A stretch of DNA of 64,000 nucleotides from Guillardia theta CCMP2712 (lineage: Eukaryota; Protista; Cryptophyta): the NCBI RefSeq assembly GCF_000315625.1, contig NW_005434661.1, positions 5,764 through 69,763 of the forward strand, read 5' to 3'. The notes beneath the pieces were generated by a model, which made no database searches, was not told the DNA's origin, and saw only the letters and a program-made list of their open reading frames with translations. The translations under genes were made by a program, and so were the position numbers. This document shows positions 61,766 to 64,000 of the stretch, piece after piece. The number at the start of each line of letters is the position of its first letter. Position 1 is the first letter of the stretch.

Positions 61766-62398
61766 ATGGAGGAGACAGCAAGACAACTGAAGATCAAGGT
61801 CGGAGTCGTGAAAAGGTAAGAAGTGATGTTGTCTTCGTCGTCTCGCACTCACAGACCATTCTTTTCCTTCCTCCTCCCTCCGTGGTCAGGCTAACCAAGG
61901 AGCATGCCTCCTATCAGAAAGAGATCGATCAGCAGACTGCAAAGATCGAGAAGATGACTACAGCAGGAGATTGCGAGCATGACATCAAACAGCAGGTAGA
62001 TGCTCCTGCTCCTGCTTGTTCCCCTCTTCCTTCCCTGCTGCTCATCTTGAACCCTTCCCTGCTCCTCGTGCTCCTTCCCTCGTCCTCATCCCAGCCTTCC
62101 TCGCTACGAGACTGTCAGTCAGTCTATTCCTGTGCCCTTCCTCCCTTGTCCAACGTCCTCTACTCACTCACCTCCTGCTCGTCCTCTCCTCGCTCACCTC
62201 CTCTTGCGTGCTCGTGGCTGACAGCAGAGCCAGAACGAAGTGCTCAAGGAGGCGCGGGTGTGCCTGGACGACTCGAAGCGGAGGCTCGGGGCTGCAGTGG
62301 AGGAGCTGGGGGCGCTGTTGGAGGAGGCGGGAGACTCGTTGAAGGGAAGCGCGGACTACGAGGAAGCGGAGGGCCTTGTCAAGGCTAACAGAGCATGA
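61766..62398 (+). CDS. TBCA: tubulin-binding cofactor A, 3 exons
   Basis: METARQLKIKVGVVKR / LTKEHASYQKEIDQQTAKIEKM...EHDIKQQ / NEVLKEARVCLDDSKRRL. Confidence 0.9.
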
Positions 62399-62483
62399 AG
62401 AGCCAATAACATGTGCCGAACATGTTCCCGTTCCTCGTCCTCCTCCTTGTCTGCAGCTTTATTTACATCATCGTCCTTTCTCT

Positions 62484-63453
62484 TCATTGCCCTTCATTAT
62501 CTCCTTCTCCTTCACCAGCACCCGCTTGAACATCTGACTCCAACGCATTCCTCGGCTCGTTGTCCTCCGCTGCCTTGTCTTCTTCTCCCTCCGCCCTCTC
62601 ACCCTCAGCTGCCACCTCACCCTCTGCCTTCTCTCCTTGTTCCTCTACCACCTTCTCCTCTTCTCCCTCCGCTTTCTCTCCGTCTCCACCTTCTGCCACC
62701 TTCTCTCCCTCCTCTTGTGCAGGCGTCTCTCCTCCCTCCACCTTCTCTCCCTCCTCTTGTGCAGGCGTCTCTCCTGCCTCCGCCTTCTCTCCCTCCTCTT
62801 GTGCAGGCGTCTCTCCTGCCTCCGCCTTCTCTCCCTCCCCTGCCTTCGGCTCCTCCCCTTGACCCATCTCTCTCCCCTGCTCGCTTGTCTGCACGTGCTC
62901 CTCCGCTTGCTTCTCCTCTCCCTCTCCTTCCGGCTGCGCCGACTGTTCAGCTTCTCCGCCGCCTCCCGCTGCCTCCTGGCTATCGTCTTGCTGCTCAAGA
63001 GCTTCTGCAGAATCTTCACCTGCTGCTTGTCAGAGGAGAAGCATATCGGTGACGCTCAGACGGGTAGGAGGAAGGGAAAGAGAGCGAGGTAGGAGGAGAG
63101 AGTAAGGAGGGAGCGACGTAGGAGGAGACAAGTAATGGGGCAAGGAAAGGAGGAGCAGGAGTAGGGGTAAAGTAAGAGAGAGAGAGCCTTCACCTGGTAT
63201 CTCCGCATCGTTGTCAACCTCCTCCCCCTCCTCCCCCTCCTCATCTAGAGCAAGTGTTAGAGCCGGCCTTGACTCCTCCTCTTTGCCTCTCCACCCTCCA
63301 CCCGCCCCCTCTGCATCCCTCGATCCTCTTCTTCTCAGTCCGCTCCTCTCTGTCTACTCCGCCTGCTCGTCTCACCCTCGTTGATCTGATCGTTGGAAGC
63401 GTCCTCTGCGATGGCAGGAGGTATGCGCGGCTTCGGTCTCTCCCTTGCGGTAC
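62484..63453 (-). CDS. 3' part of a coiled-coil protein with acidic 14-aa tandem repeats
   Basis: 42-bp repeats ~62697-62840 encoding EGEKAEAGETPAQE; upstream exons continue toward the end-of-window gap. Confidence 0.5.
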
Positions 63454-64000
63454 CTAATCAATCAAGTCAGAGAGGAACGGAGAGGGGGAAGACGGGGAGG
63501 AAGAAAAGGAAGATGAGGTGGAAGCCGACGGGGTCGCTTGCGTGGTTGGAGTCGCTTGCGTGGTGTGGTGCCCGGTTTTCGCTGCCTCCTTCGTTTCCTA
63601 GTATGTTATTGACGCGGGTTTGTTGGCTCTATCCTTTGTTTGCTTCAGTTTGTCCTTCTTGTTTGAGTCGAAAAAAGGGGTAAGTGGGCCCCTGGCGGGG
63701 GCCTGGAAGATGAGTAACGGTTTATAACGGTGTTGACGAAAGGGGCGCCTGGGCACGATCCAGTGAATTGAGGAAATAGAGTAGCANNNNNNNNNNNNNN
63801 NNNNNNNNNNNNNNNNNNNNNNNNNNNNNNNNNNNNNNNNNNNNNNNNNNNNNNNNNNNNNNNNNNNNNNNNNNNNNNNNNNNNNNAGCTACGGGTTTAT
63901 CCCAGACGAAAGTTTCACAGGCGTGGACAACTCGCTCTCTGTTGCAGTCTCCCTCCTTGATGGATCGGTTGGTCCACTTGCTCCTTCCTCTCCTTTTTCT

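Overview
Eukaryotic nuclear DNA, gene-dense with many short GT-AG introns and several bipartite (signal peptide + F) plastid presequences, consistent with a secondary-plastid alga; the style suggests a cryptophyte such as Guillardia theta (inference). About 1-36 kb and 51.5-64 kb are ordinary host genes: USP14-like protease, nucleoredoxin-like thioredoxin, DUF3598-like, uS17m, succinyl-CoA ligase alpha, CK1, Slx9-like, lumen-targeted HutX/ChuX-like protein, CFAP92-like, RAP-domain helical-repeat protein, WRAP53/TCAB1 and TBCA. The 36.4-51.3 kb stretch is an accessory block. It holds (i) the 3' part of an intron-containing Fanzor1 (TnpB-derived RNA-guided nuclease) with a structured, pseudoknot-capable omegaRNA candidate right after its stop codon; (ii) an AT-rich, intron-less, virus-like island with zinc-finger/RING ORFs, arrays of ~120-bp palindromes and tiny GNA-triloop hairpin insertions that behave like mobile units; (iii) an unidentified ~1.1-kb element; and (iv) an apparently intact PIF/Harbinger transposon. 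Several N gaps limit what can be said about boundaries. Protein family calls come from recognising motifs by eye, not from database searches.
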